Shown: positions 41,721 through 56,200 of the stretch, piece after piece
How positions within the stretch are numbered: position 1 is the first letter of the stretch
Layout: every line of letters starts with the position of its first letter
From: Eledone cirrhosa
Lineage: Eukaryota
Direction of reading: 5' to 3'
Length of the DNA stretch: 64,000 bases
Assembly (NCBI GenBank): GCA_964016885.1
Contig: OZ024740.1
Location: forward strand, 27,714,001-27,778,000
Program-made: the position numbers and the translations under genes
Notes under the pieces: generated by a model
Databases searched by the model: none
What the model was told of the DNA's origin: nothing
What the model saw: only the letters and a program-made list of their open reading frames with translations

Positions 41721-44700
41721 AGTTGGTAACATATTAGTAAGAGCAATACCTTGTGTCTATTGTAATCAATATTACAGTTGGTAACATATTAGTAAGAACA
41801 ATACCTCGTGTCTATTGTAATCAATATTACAGTTGGTAACATATTAGTAAGAGCAATACCTTGTGTCTATTGTAATCAATATTACAGTTGGTAACATATT
41901 AGTAAGAGCAATACCTCGTGTCTAATGTAATCAATATCACAGTTGGTAACATATTAGTAAGAGCAATACCTCCTTGTGTCTATGGTAATCAATATTAAGG
42001 TTGGTAACATATTAGTAAGAGCAATACCTTGTGTCTATTGTAATCAATATTACAGTTGGTAACACATTAGTAAGAGCAATACCTCGTGTCTATTGTAATC
42101 AATATTACAGTTGGTAAAATATTAGTAAGAGCAATACGTTGTGTCTATTGAAATCAATATTACAGTTGGTAACATATTAGTAAGAGCAATACCTTGTGTC
42201 TATTGTAATCAATATTACAGTTGGTAACATATTAGTAAGAGCAATACCTTGTGTCTATTGTAATCAATATTACAGTTGGTAACATATTAGTAAGAGCAAT
42301 ACCTTGCGTCTATTGTAATCAATATTACAGTTGGTAACATATTAGTAAGAGCAATACCTTGTGTCTATTGTAATCAATATCACAGTTGGTAACATATTAG
42401 TAAGAGCAATACCTTTTGTCTATTGTAATCAATATCACAGTTGGTAACATATTAGTAAGAGCAATACCTTGTGTCTATTGTAATCAATATTACAGTTGGT
42501 AACATATTAGTAAAAGCAATACCTTGTGTCTAATGTAATCAATATTACAGTTGGTAACATATTAGTAAGAGAAATACCTTGTGTCTATTGTAATCAATAT
42601 TACAGTTGGTAACATATTAGTAAGAGCAATACCTTGTGTCTATTGTAATCAATATTACAGTTGGTAACATATTAGTAAGAGCAATACCTTGTGTCTATTG
42701 TAATCAATATTACAGTTGGTAACATATTAGTAAGAGCAATACCTTGTGTCTATTGTAATCAATATTACAGTTGGTAACATATTAGTAAAAGCAATTCCTT
42801 GTGTCTATTGTAATCAATATTACAGTTGGTAACATATGAGTAAGAGCAATACCTTGTGTCTATTGTAATCAACATTACAGTTGGTAACATATTAGTAAGA
42901 GCAATACCTCGTGTCTAATGTAACAAATACACAGTTGGTAACATATTAGTAAGAGCAATACCTCCTTGTGTCTATGGTAATCAATATTAAGGTTGGTAAC
43001 ATATTAGTAAGAGCAATACCTTGTGTCTATTGTAATCAATATTACAGTTGGTAACATATTAGTAAGAGCAATACCTCGTGTCTAATGTAACCAATATTAC
43101 AGTTGGTAACATATTAGTAAAAGCAATACCTTGTGTCTATTGTAATCAATATCACAGTTGGTAACATATTAGTAAGAGCAATACCTTTGTCTATTGTAAT
43201 CAATATTACAGGTGGTAACATATTAGTAAGAGCAATACCTTGTGTCTATTGTAATCAATATCACAGTTGGTAACATATAAGTAAGAGCAATACCTTGTGT
43301 CTATTGTAATCAATATTACAGGTGGTAGCATATTAGTAAAAGCAATATCTTGTGTCTATTGTAATCAATATTACAGTTGGTAACATATTAGTAAGAGCAA
43401 TAGCTTGTGTCTATTGTAATCAATATTACAGGTGGTAGCATATTAGTAAAAGCAATACCTTGTGTCTATTGTAATCAATATCACAGTTTGTAACATATTA
43501 GTAAGAGCAATACCTTGTGTCTATTGTAATCAATATTACAGTTGGTAACATATTAGTAAGAGCAATACCTTGTGTCTATTGTAATCAATATTACAGTTGG
43601 TAACATATTAGTAAGAGCAATACCTTGTGTCTATTGTAATCAATATTACAGTTGGTAACATATTAGTAAGAACAATACCTTGTGTCTATTGTAATCTATA
43701 TTACAGTTGGTAACATATTAGTAAGAGCAATACCTTGTGTCTATTGCAATCAATATTACAGTTAGTAACATATTAGTAAGAGCAATACCTTGTGTCTATT
43801 GTAATCAATATTACAGTTGGTAACATAGTAGTAAGAAAAATACCTTGTGTCTATTGTAATCTATATTACAGTTGGTAACATATTAGTAAGAGCAATACCT
43901 TGTGTCTATTGCAATCAATATTACAGTTGGTAACATATTAGTAAGAGCAATACCTCGTGTCTAATGTAATCAATATTACAGTTGGTAACATATTAGTAAG
44001 AACAATACCTTGTGTCTATTGTAATCAATATTACAGTTGGTAACATATTAGTAAGAGCAATAACTTGTGTCTATCGTAATCAATATTACAGTTGGTAACA
44101 TATTAGTAAGAGCAATACCTTGGGTCTATTGTAATCAATATTACAGTTGGTAACATATTGGTAAGAGCAATACCTCGTGTCTAATGTAATCAATATCACA
44201 GTTGGTAACATATTAGTAAGAGCAATACCTCCTTGTGTCTATGGTAATCAATATTAAGGTTGGTAACATATTAGTAAGAGCAATACCTTGTGTCTATTGT
44301 AATCAATATTACAGTTGGTAACACATTAGTAAGAGCAATACCTCGTGTCTATTGTAATCAATATTACAGTTGGTAAAATATTAGTAAGAGCAATACCTTG
44401 TGTCTATCGTAATCAATATTACAGTTGGTAACATATTAGTAAGAGCAATACCTTGGGTCTATTGTAATCAATATTACAGTTGGTAACATATTAGTAAGAG
44501 CAATACCTTGTGTCTATTGTAATCAATATTACAGTTGGTAACATATTAGTAAAAGCAATACCTTGTGTCTATTGTAATCAATATCACAGTTGGTAACATA
44601 TTAGTAAGAGCAATACCTTGTGTCTATTGTAATCAATATTACAGGTGGTAACATATTAGTAAGAGCAATACATTGTGTCTATTGTAATCAATATCACAGT

Positions 44701-46399
44701 TGGTAACATATTAGTAAGAGCAATACCTTGTGTCTATTGTAATCAATATTACAGGTGGTAGCATATTAGTAAAAGCAATACCTTGTGTCTATTGTAATCA
44801 ATATTACAGTTGGTAACATATTAGTAAGAGCAATACCTTGTGTCTATTGTAATCAATATTACAGTTGGTAACATATTAGTAAGAGCAATACTTTGTGTCT
44901 ATTGTAATCAATATTACAGTTGGTAACATATTAGTAAAAGCAATACCTTGTGTCTATTGTAATCAATATTACAGTTGGTAACATATTAGTAAGAGCAATA
45001 CCTTGTGTCTAATGTAATCAATATTACAGTTGGTAACATATTAGTAAGAGCAATACCTTGCGTCTATTGTAATCAATATTACAGTTGGTAACATATTAGT
45101 AAGAGCAATACCTTGTGTCTATTGTAATCAATATTACAGTTGGGAACATATTAGTAAGAGCAATACCTTGTGTCTATTGTAATCAATATTACAGTTGGTA
45201 ACATATTAGTAAGAGCAATACCTTGTGTCTATTGTAATCAATGTTACAGTTCGTAACATATTAGTAAGAGCAATACCTTGCGTCCATTGTAATCAATATT
45301 ACAGTTGGTAACATATTAGTAAGAGCAATACCTTGTGTCTATTGTAATCAATATTACAGTTGGTAACATATTAGTAAGAGCAATACCTTGTGTCTATTGT
45401 AATCAATATTACAGTTGGTAACATATTAGTAAGAGCAATACCTTGCGTCTATTGTTATCAATATTACAGTTGGTAACATATTAGTAAGAGCAATACCTTG
45501 CGTCTATTGTAATCAATATTACAGTCGGTAACATATTAGTAAGAGCAATACCTTGTGTCTATTGTAATCAATATTACAGTTGGTAACATATTAGTAAAAG
45601 CAATACCTTGTGTCTATTGTAATCAATATCACAGTTGGTAACATATTAGTAAGAGCAATACCATGTGTCTATTGTAATCAATATTACAGTTGGTAACATA
45701 TTAGTAAGAGAAATACCTTGTGTCTATTGTAATCAATATTACAGTTGGTAACATATTATTAAGAGCAATAATTTGTGTCTATTGTAATCAATATTACTGT
45801 TGGTAACATATTAGTAAAAGCAATACCTTGTGTCTATTGTAATCAATATTACAGTTGGTAACATATTAGTAAGAGCAATACCTTGCGTCTATTGTAATCA
45901 ATATTACAGTTGGTAACATATTAGTAAGAGCAATACCTTGTGTCTATTGTAATCAATATTACATTTGGTAACATATTAGTAAGAGCAATACCTTGTGTCT
46001 ATTGAAATCAATATTACAGTTGGTAACATATTAGTAAGAGCAATACCTTGTGTCTATCGTAATCAATATTACAGTTGGTAACATATTAGTAAGAGCAATA
46101 CCTTGCGTCTATTGTAATCAATATTACAGTTGGTAACATATTAGTAAGAGCAATACCTTGTGTCTATTTTAATCAATATTACAGTTGGTAACATATTAGT
46201 AAGAGCAATACCTTGTGTCTATTGTAATCAATATTACAGTTGGTAACATATTAGTAAGAGCAATACCTTGTGTCTATTGTAATCAATATTACAGTTGGTA
46301 ACATATTAGTAAGAGCAATACCTTGCGTCTATTGTAATCAATATTACAGTTGGTAACATATTAGTAAGAGCAATACCTTGTGTCTATTGTAATCAATAT

Positions 46400-49370
46400 T
46401 ACAGTTGGTAACATATTAGTAAGAGCAATATCTTGTGTCTATTGTAATCAATATTACAGTTGGTAACATATTAGTAAGAGCAATAGCTTGTGTCTATTGT
46501 AATCAATATTACAGGTGGTAGCATATTAGTAAAAGCAATACCTTGTGTCTATTGTAATCAATATTACAGTTTGTAACATATTAGTAAGAGCAATACCTTG
46601 TGTCTATTGTAATCAACATTACAGTTGGTAACATATTAGTAAGAGCAATACCTTGTGTCTATTGTAATCAATATTACAGTTGGTAACATATTAGTAAGAG
46701 CAATACCTTGTGTCTATTGTAATCAATATTACAGTTGGTAACATATTAGTAAGAGCAATACCTTGTGTCTATTGTAATCAATATTACAGTTGGTAACATA
46801 TTAGTAAGAACAATACCTTGTGTCTATTGTAATCAATATTACAGTTGGTAACATATTAGTAAGAGCAATCCCTTGTGTCTATTGTAATCAATATTACAGG
46901 TGGTAACATATTAGTAAGAGCAATACCTCGTGTCTAATGTAACCAATATCACAGTTGGTAACATATTAGTAAGAGCAATACCTCCTTGTGTCTATGGTAA
47001 TCAATATTAAGGTTGGTAACATATTAGTAAGAGCAATACCTTGTGTCTATTGTAATCAATATTACAGTTGGTAACACATTAGTAAGAGCAATACCTCGTG
47101 TCTATTGTAATCAATATTACAGTTGGTAAAATATTAGTAAGAGCAATACCTTGTGTCTATTGTAATCAATATTACAGTTGGTAACATATTAGTAAGAGCA
47201 ATACCTTGCGTCTATTGTAATCAATATTACAGTTGGTAACATATTAGTAAGAGCAATACCTTGTGTCTATTGTAATCAATATTACAGTTGGTAACATATT
47301 AGTAAAAGCAATACCTTGTGTCTATTGTAATCAATATCACAGTTGGTAACATATTAGTAAGAGCAATACCTTGTGTCTATTGTAATCAATATTACAGGTG
47401 GTAACATATTAGTAAGAGCAATACCTTGTGTCTATTGTAATCAATATCACAGTTGGTAACATATAAGTAAGAGCAATACCTTGTGTCTATTGTAATCAAT
47501 ATTACAGGTGGTAGCATATTAGTAAAAGCAATATCTTGTGTCTATTGTAATCAATATCACAGTTGGTAACATATTAGTAAGAGCAATACCTTGTGTCTAT
47601 TGTAATCAATATTACAGGTGGTAGCATATTAGTAAAAGCAATACCTTGTGTCTATTGTAATCAATATTACAGTTGGTAACATATTAGTAAGAGCAATACC
47701 TTGTGTCTATTGTAATCAATATTACAGTTGGTAACATATTAGTAAGAGCAATATCTTGTGTCTATTGTAATCAATATTACAGTTGGTAACATATTAGTAA
47801 GAGCAATAGCTTGTGTCTATTGTAATCAATATTACAGGTGGTAGCATATTAGTAAAAGCAATACCTTGTGTCTATTGTAATCAATATTACAGTTTGTAAC
47901 ATATTAGTAAGAGCAATACCTTGTGTCTATTGTAATCAACATTACAGTTGGTAACATATTAGTAAGAGCAATACCTTGTGTCTATTGTAATCAATATTAC
48001 AGTTGGTAACATATTAGTAAGAGCAATACCTTGTGTCTATTGTAATCAATATTACAGTTGGCAACATATTAGTAAGAGCAATACCTTGTGTCTATTGTAA
48101 TCAATATTACAGTTGGTAACATATTAGTAAGAACAATACCTTGTGTCTATTGTAATCAATATTACAGTTGGTAACATATTAGTAAGAGCAATCCCTTGTG
48201 TCTATTGTAATCAATATTACAGGTGGTAACATATTAGTAAGAGCAATACCTCGTGTCTAATGTAACCAATATCACAGTTGGTAACATATTAGTAAGAGCA
48301 ATACCTCCTTGTGTCTATGGTAATCAATATTAAGGTTGGTAACATATTAGTAAGAGCAATACCTTGTGTCTATTGTAATCAATATTACAGTTGGTAACAC
48401 ATTAGTAAGAGCAATACCTCGTGTCTATTGTAATCAATATTACAGTTGGTAAAATATTAGTAAGAGCAATACCTTGTGTCTATTGTAATCAATATTACAG
48501 TTGGTAACATATTAGTAAGAGCAATACCTTGCGTCTATTGTAATCAATATTACAGTTGGTAACATATTAGTAAGAGCAATACCTTGTGTCTATTGTAATC
48601 AATATTACAGTTGGTAACATATTAGTAAAAGCAATACCTTGTGTCTATTGTAATCAATATCACAGTTGGTAACATATTAGTAAGAGCAATACCTTGTGTC
48701 TATCGTAATCAATATTACAGGTGGTAACATATTAGTAAGAGCAATACCTTGTGTCTATTGTAATCAATATCACAGTTGGTAACATATAAGTAAGAGCAAT
48801 ACCTTGTGTCTATTGTAATCAATATTACAGGTGGTAGCATATTAGTAAAAGCAATATCTTGTGTCTATTGTAATCAATATCACAGTTGGTAACATATTAG
48901 TAAGAGCAATACCTTGTGTCTATTGTAATCAATATTACAGGTGGTAGCATATTAGTAAAAGCAATACCTTGTGTCTATTGTAATCAATATTACAGTTGGT
49001 AACATATTAGTAAGAGCAATACCTTGTGTCTATTGTAATCAATATTACAGTTGGTAACATATTAGTAAGAGCAATATCTTGTGTCTATTGTAATCAATAT
49101 TACAGTTGGTAACATATTAGTAAGAGCAATAGCTTGTGTCTATTGTAATCAATATTACAGGTGGTAGCATATTAGTAAAAGCAATACCTTGTGTCTATTG
49201 TAATCAATATTACAGTTTGTAACATATTAGTAAGAGCAATACCTTGTGTCTATTGTAATCAATATTACAGTTGGTAACATATTAGTAAGAGCAATACCTT
49301 GTGTCTATTGTAATCAATATTACAGTTGGTAACATATTAGTAAGAGCAATACCTTGTGTGTATTGTAATC
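46400..49370. repeat. 24-monomer (1,323 bp) unit, two copies plus the start of a third; boundaries approximate
   Basis: CAATAGCTTG at 46481, 47804 and 49127; landmarks at 46982 and 48305. Confidence 0.86.
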
Positions 49371-50279
49371 AATATTACAGTTGGTAACATATTAGTAAGA
49401 GCAATACCTTGTGTCTATTGTAATCAATATTACAGTTGGTAACATATTAGTAAGAACAATACCTTGTGTCTATTGTAATCAACATTACAGTTGGTAACAT
49501 AGTAGTAAGAACAATACCTTGTGTCTATTGTAATCTATATTACAGTTGGTAACATATTAGTAAGAGCAATACCTCGTGTCTAATGTAATCAATATTACAG
49601 TTGGTAACATATTAGTAAGAACAATACCTTGTGTCTATTGTAATCAATATTACAGTTGGTAACATATTAGTAAGAGCAATAGCTTGTGTCTATTGTAATC
49701 AATATTACAGGTGGTAGCATATTAGTAAAAGCAATACCTTGTGTCTATTGTAATCAATATTACAGTTTGTAACATATTAGTAAGAGCAATCCCTTGTGTC
49801 TATTGTAATCAATATTACAGTTGGTAACATATTAGTAAGAGCAATACCTCGTGTCTAATGTAATCAATATCACAGTTGGTAACATATTAGTAAGAGCAAT
49901 ACCTCCTTGTGTCTATGGTAATCAATATTAAGGTTGGTAACATATTAGTAAGAGCAATACCTTGTGTCTATTGTAATCAATATTACAGTTGGTAACACAT
50001 TAGTAAGAGCAATACCTCGTGTCTATTGTAATCAATATTACAGTTGGTAAAATATTAGTAAGAGCAATAACTTGTGTCTATTGTAATCAATATTACAGTT
50101 GGTAACATATTAGTAAGAGCAATATCTTGTGTCTATTGTAATCAATATTACAGGTGGTAGCATATTAGTAAAAGCAATACCTTGTGTCTATTGTAATCAA
50201 TATTACAGTTTGTAACATATTAGTAAGAGCAATACCTTGTGTCTATTGTAATCAATATTACAGTTGGTAACATATTAGT

Positions 50280-53200
50280 AAGAGCAATACCTTGTGTCTA
50301 TTGTAATCAATATTACAGTTGGTAACATATTAGTAAGAGCAATACCTTGTGTCTATTGTAATCAATATTACAGTTGGTAACATATTAGTAAGAGCAATAC
50401 CTTGTGTCTATTGTAATCAATATTACAGTTGGTAACATATTAGTAAGAACAATACCTTATGTCTATTGTAATCAACATTACAGTTGGTAACATAGTAGTA
50501 AGAACAATACCTTGTGTCTATTGTAATCTATATTACAGTTGGTAACATATTAGTAAGAGCAATACCTTGTGTCTATTGCAATCAATATTACAGTTGGTAA
50601 CATATTAAAAAAGAGCAATACCTCGTGTCTAATGTAATCAATATTACAGTTGGTAACATATTAGTAAGAACAATACCTTGTGTCTATTGTAATCAATATT
50701 ACAGTTGGTAACATATTAGTAAGAGCAATCCCTTGTGTCTATTGTAATCAATATTACAGTTGGTAACATATTAGTAAGAGCAATACCTCGTGTCTAATGT
50801 AATCAATATCACAGTTGGTAACATATTAGTAAGAGCAATACCTCCTTGTGTCTATGGTAATCAATATTAAGGTTGGTAACATATTAGTAAGAGCAATACC
50901 TTGTGTCTATTGTAATCAATATTACAGTTGGTAACACATTAGTAAGAGCAATACCTCGTGTCTATTGTAATCAATATTACAGTTGGTAAAATATTAGTAA
51001 GAGCAATACCTTGTGTCTATTGTAATCAATATTACAGTTGGTAACATATTAGTAAAGCAATACCTTGCGTCTATTGTAATCAATATTACAGTTGGTAACA
51101 TATTAGTAAGAGCAATACCTTGTGTCTATTGTAATCAATATTACAGTTGGTAACATATTAGTAAAAGCAATACGTTGTGTCTATTGTAATCAATATCACA
51201 GTTGGTAACAAATTAGTAAGAGCAATACCTTGTGTCTATTGTAATCAATATTACAGTTGGTAACATATTAGTAAGAGCAATACATTGTGTCTATTGTAAT
51301 CAATATTACAGGTGGTAGCATATTAGTAAAAGCAATACCTTGTGTCTATTGTAATCAATATCACAGTTGGTAACATATTAGTAAGAGCAATACCTTGTGT
51401 CTATTGTAATCAATATTACAGGTGGTAGCATATTAGTAAAAGCAATACCTTGTGTCTATTGTAATCAATATTACAGTTGGTAACATATTAGTAAGAGCAA
51501 TACCTTGTGTCTATTGTAATCAATATTACAGTTGGTAACATATTAGTAAGAGCAATACTTTGTGTCTATTGTAATCAATATTACAGTTGGTAACATATTA
51601 GTAAAAGCAATACCTTGTGTCTATTGTAATCAATATTACAGTTGGTAACATATTAGTAAGAGCAATACCTTGTGTCTAATGTAATCAATATTACAGTTGG
51701 TAACATATTAGTAAGAGCAATACCTTGCGTCTATTGTAATCAATATTACAGTTGGTAACATATTAGTAAGAGCAATACCTTGTGTCTATTGTAATCAATA
51801 TTACAGTTGGTAACATATTAGTAAGAGCAATACCTTGTGTCTATTGTAATCAATATTACAGTTGGTAACATATTAGTAAGAGCAATACCTTGTGTCTATT
51901 GTAATCAATGTTACAGTTCGTAACATATTAGTAAGAGCAATACCTTGCGTCCATTGTAATCAATATTACAGTTGGTAACATATTAGTAAGAGCAATACCT
52001 TGTGTCTATTGTAATCAATATTACAGTTGGTAACATATTAGTAAGAGCAATACCTTGTGACTATTGTAATCAATATTACAGTTGGTAACATATTAGTAAG
52101 AGCAATACCTTGCGTCTATTGTTATCAATATTACAGTTGGTAACATATTAGTAAGAGCAATACCTTGCGTCTATTGTAATCAATATTACAGTTGGTAACA
52201 TATTAGTAAGAGCAATACCTTGTGTCTATTGTAATCAATATTACAGTTGGTAACATATTAGTAAAAGCAATACCTTGTGTCTTTTGTAATCAATATCACA
52301 GTTGGTAACATATTAGTAAGAGCAATACCTTGTGTCTATTGTAATCAATATTACAGTTGGTAACGTATTAGTAAGAGCAATACCTTGTGTCTAATGTAAT
52401 CAATATTACAGTTGGTAACATATTATTAAGAGCAATAATTTGTGTCTATTGTAATCAATATTACTGTTGGTAACATATTAGTAAAAGCAATACCTTGTGT
52501 CTATTGTAATCAATATTACAGTTGGTAACATATTAGTAAGAGCAATACCTTGCGTCTATTGTAATCAATATTACAGTTGGTAACATATTAGTAAGAGCAA
52601 TACCTTGTGTCTATTGTAATCAATATTACATTTGGTAACATATTAGTAAGAGCAATACCTTGTGTCTATTGAAATCAATATTACAGTTGGTAACATATTA
52701 GTAAGAGCAATTCCTTGTGTCTATTGTAATCAATATTACAGTTGGTAACATATTAGTAAGAGCAATACCTTGTGTCTATTGTAATCAATATTACAGTTGG
52801 TAACATATTAGTAAGAGCAATACCTTGTGTCTATTGTAATCAATATTACAGTTGGTAACATATTAGTAAGAGCAATACCTTGTGTCTATTGTAATCAATA
52901 TTACAGTTGGTAACATATTAGTAAGAACAATACCTTATGTCTATTGTAATCAACATTACAGTTGGTAACATAGTAGTAAGAACAATACCTTGTGTCTATT
53001 GTAATCTATATTACAGTTGGTAACATATTAGTAAGAGCAATACCTTGTGTCTATTGCAATCAATATTACAGTTGGTAACATATTAAAAAAGAGCAATACC
53101 TCGTGTCTAATGTAATCAATATTACAGTTGTTAACATATTAGTAAGAACAATACCTTGTGTCTATTGTAATCAATATTACAGTTGGTAACATATTAGTAA

Positions 53201-56200
53201 GAGCAATCCCTTGTGTCTATTGTAATCAATATTACAGTTGGTAACATATTAGTAAGAGCAATACCTCGTGTCTAATGTAATCAATATCACAGTTGGTAAC
53301 ATATTAGTAAGAGCAATACCTCCTTGTGTCTATGGTAATCAATATTAAGGTTGGTAACATATTAGTAAGAGCAATACCTTGTGTCTATTGTAATCAATAT
53401 TACAGTTGGTAACACATTAGTAAGAGCAATACCTCGTGTCTATTGTAATCAATATTACAGTTGGTAAAATATTAGTAAGAGCAATACCTTGTGTCTATTG
53501 TAATCAATATTACAGTTGGTAACATATTAGTAAGAGCAATACCTTGCGTCTATTGTAATCAATATTACAGTTGGTAACATATTAGTAAGAGCAATACCTT
53601 GTGTCTATTGTAATCAATATTACATTTGGTAACATATTAGTAAGAGCAATACCTTGTGTCTATTGAAATCAATATTACAGTTGGTAACATATTAGTAAGA
53701 GCAATTCCTTGTGTCTATTGTAATCAATATTACAGTTGGTAACATATTAGTAAGAGCAATACCTTGTGTCTATTGTAATCAATATTACAGTTGGTAACAT
53801 ATTAGTAAGAGCAATACCTTGTGTCTATTGTAATCAATATTACAGTTGGTAACATATTAGTAAGAGCAATACCTTGTGTCTATTGTAATCAATATTACAG
53901 TTGGTAACATATTAGTAAGAACAATACCTTATGTCTATTGTAATCAACATTACAGTTGGTAACATAGTAGTAAGAACAATACCTTGTGTCTATTGTAATC
54001 TATATTACAGTTGGTAACATATTAGTAAGAGCAATACCTTGTGTCTATTGCAATCAATATTACAGTTGGTAACATATTAAAAAAGAGCAATACCTCGTGT
54101 CTAATGTAATCAATATTACAGTTGGTAACATATTAGTAAGAACAATACCTTGTGTCTATTGTAATCAATATTACAGTTGGTAACATATTAGTAAGAGCAA
54201 TCCCTTGTGTCTATTGTAATCAATATTACAGTTGGTAACATATTAGTAAGAGCAATACCTCGTGTCTAATGTAATCAATATCACAGTTGGTAACATATTA
54301 GTAAGAGCAATACCTCCTTGTGTCTATGGTAATCAATATTAAGGTTGGTAACATATTAGTAAGAGCAATACCTTGTGTCTATTGTAATCAATATTACAGT
54401 TGGTAACACATTAGTAAGAGCAATACCTCGTGTCTATTGTAATCAATATTACAGTTGGTAAAATATTAGTAAGAGCAATACCTTGTGTCTATTGTAATCA
54501 ATATTACAGTTGGTAACATATTAGTAAAGCAATACCTTGCGTCTATTGTAATCAATATTACAGTTGGTAACATATTAGTAAGAGCAATACCTTGTGTCTA
54601 TTGTAATCAATATTACAGTTGGTAACATATTAGTAAAAGCAATACGTTGTGTCTATTGTAATCAATATCACAGTTGGTAACAAATTAGTAAGAGCAATAC
54701 CTTGTGTCTATTGTAATCAATATTACAGGTGGTAACATATTAGTAAGAGCAATACATTGTGTCTATTGTAATCAATATTACAGGTGGTAGCATATTAGTA
54801 AAAGCAATACCTTGTGTCTATTGTAATCAATATCACAGTTGGTAACATATTAGTAAGAGCAATACCTTGTGTCTATTGTAATCAATATTACAGGTGGTAG
54901 CATATTAGTAAAAGCAATACCTTGTGTCTATTGTAATCAATATTACAGTTGGTAACATATTAGTAAGAGCAATACCTTGTGTCTATTGTAATCAATATTA
55001 CAGTTGGTAACATATTAGTAAGAGCAATACTTTGTGTCTATTGTAATCAATATTACAGTTGGTAACATATTAGTAAAAGCAATACCTTGTGTCTATTGTA
55101 ATCAATATTACAGTTGGTAACATATTAGTAAGAGCAATACCTTGTGTCTAATGTAATCAATATTACAGTTGGTAACATATTAGTAAGAGCAATACCTTGC
55201 GTCTATTGTAATCAATATTACAGTTGGTAACATATTAGTAAGAGCAATACCTTGTGTCTATTGTAATCAATATTACAGTTGGTAACATATTAGTAAGAGC
55301 AATACCTTGTGTCTATTGTAATCAATATTACAGTTGGTAACATATTAGTAAGAGCAATACCTTGTGTCTATTGTAATCAATGTTACAGTTCGTAACATAT
55401 TAGTAAGAGCAATACCTTGCGTCCATTGTAATCAATATTACAGTTGGTAACATATTAGTAAGAGCAATACCTTGTGTCTATTGTAATCAATATTACAGTT
55501 GGTAACATATTAGTATGAGCAATACCTTGTGACTATTGTAATCAATATTACAGTTGGTAACATATTAGAAAGAGCAATACCTTGCGTCTATTGTTATCAA
55601 TATTACAGTTGGTAACATATTAGTAAGAGCAATACCTTGCGTCTATTGTAATCAATATTACAGTTGGTAACATATTAGTAAGAGCAATACCTTGTGTCTA
55701 TTGTAATCAATATTACAGTTGGTAACATATTAGTAAAAGCAATACCTTGTGTCTTTTGTAATCAATATCACAGTTGGTAACATATTAGTAAGAGCAATAC
55801 CTTGTGTCTATTGTAATCAATATTACAGTTGGTAACGTATTAGTAAGAGCAATACCTTGTGTCTATTGTAATCAATATTACAGTTGGTAACATATTATTA
55901 AGAGCAATAATTTGTGTCTATTGTAATCAATATTACTGTTGGTAACATATTAGTAAAAGCAATACCTTGTGTCTATTGTAATCAATATTACAGTTGGTAA
56001 CATATTAGTAAGAGCAATACCTTGCGTCTATTGTAATCAATATTACAGTTGGTAACATATTAGTAAGAGCAATACCTTGTGTCTATTGTAATCAATATTA
56101 CATTTGGTAACATATTAGTAAGAGCAATACCTTGTGTCTATTGAAATCAATATTACAGTTGGTAACATATTAGTAAGAGCAATTCCTTGTGTCTATTGTA

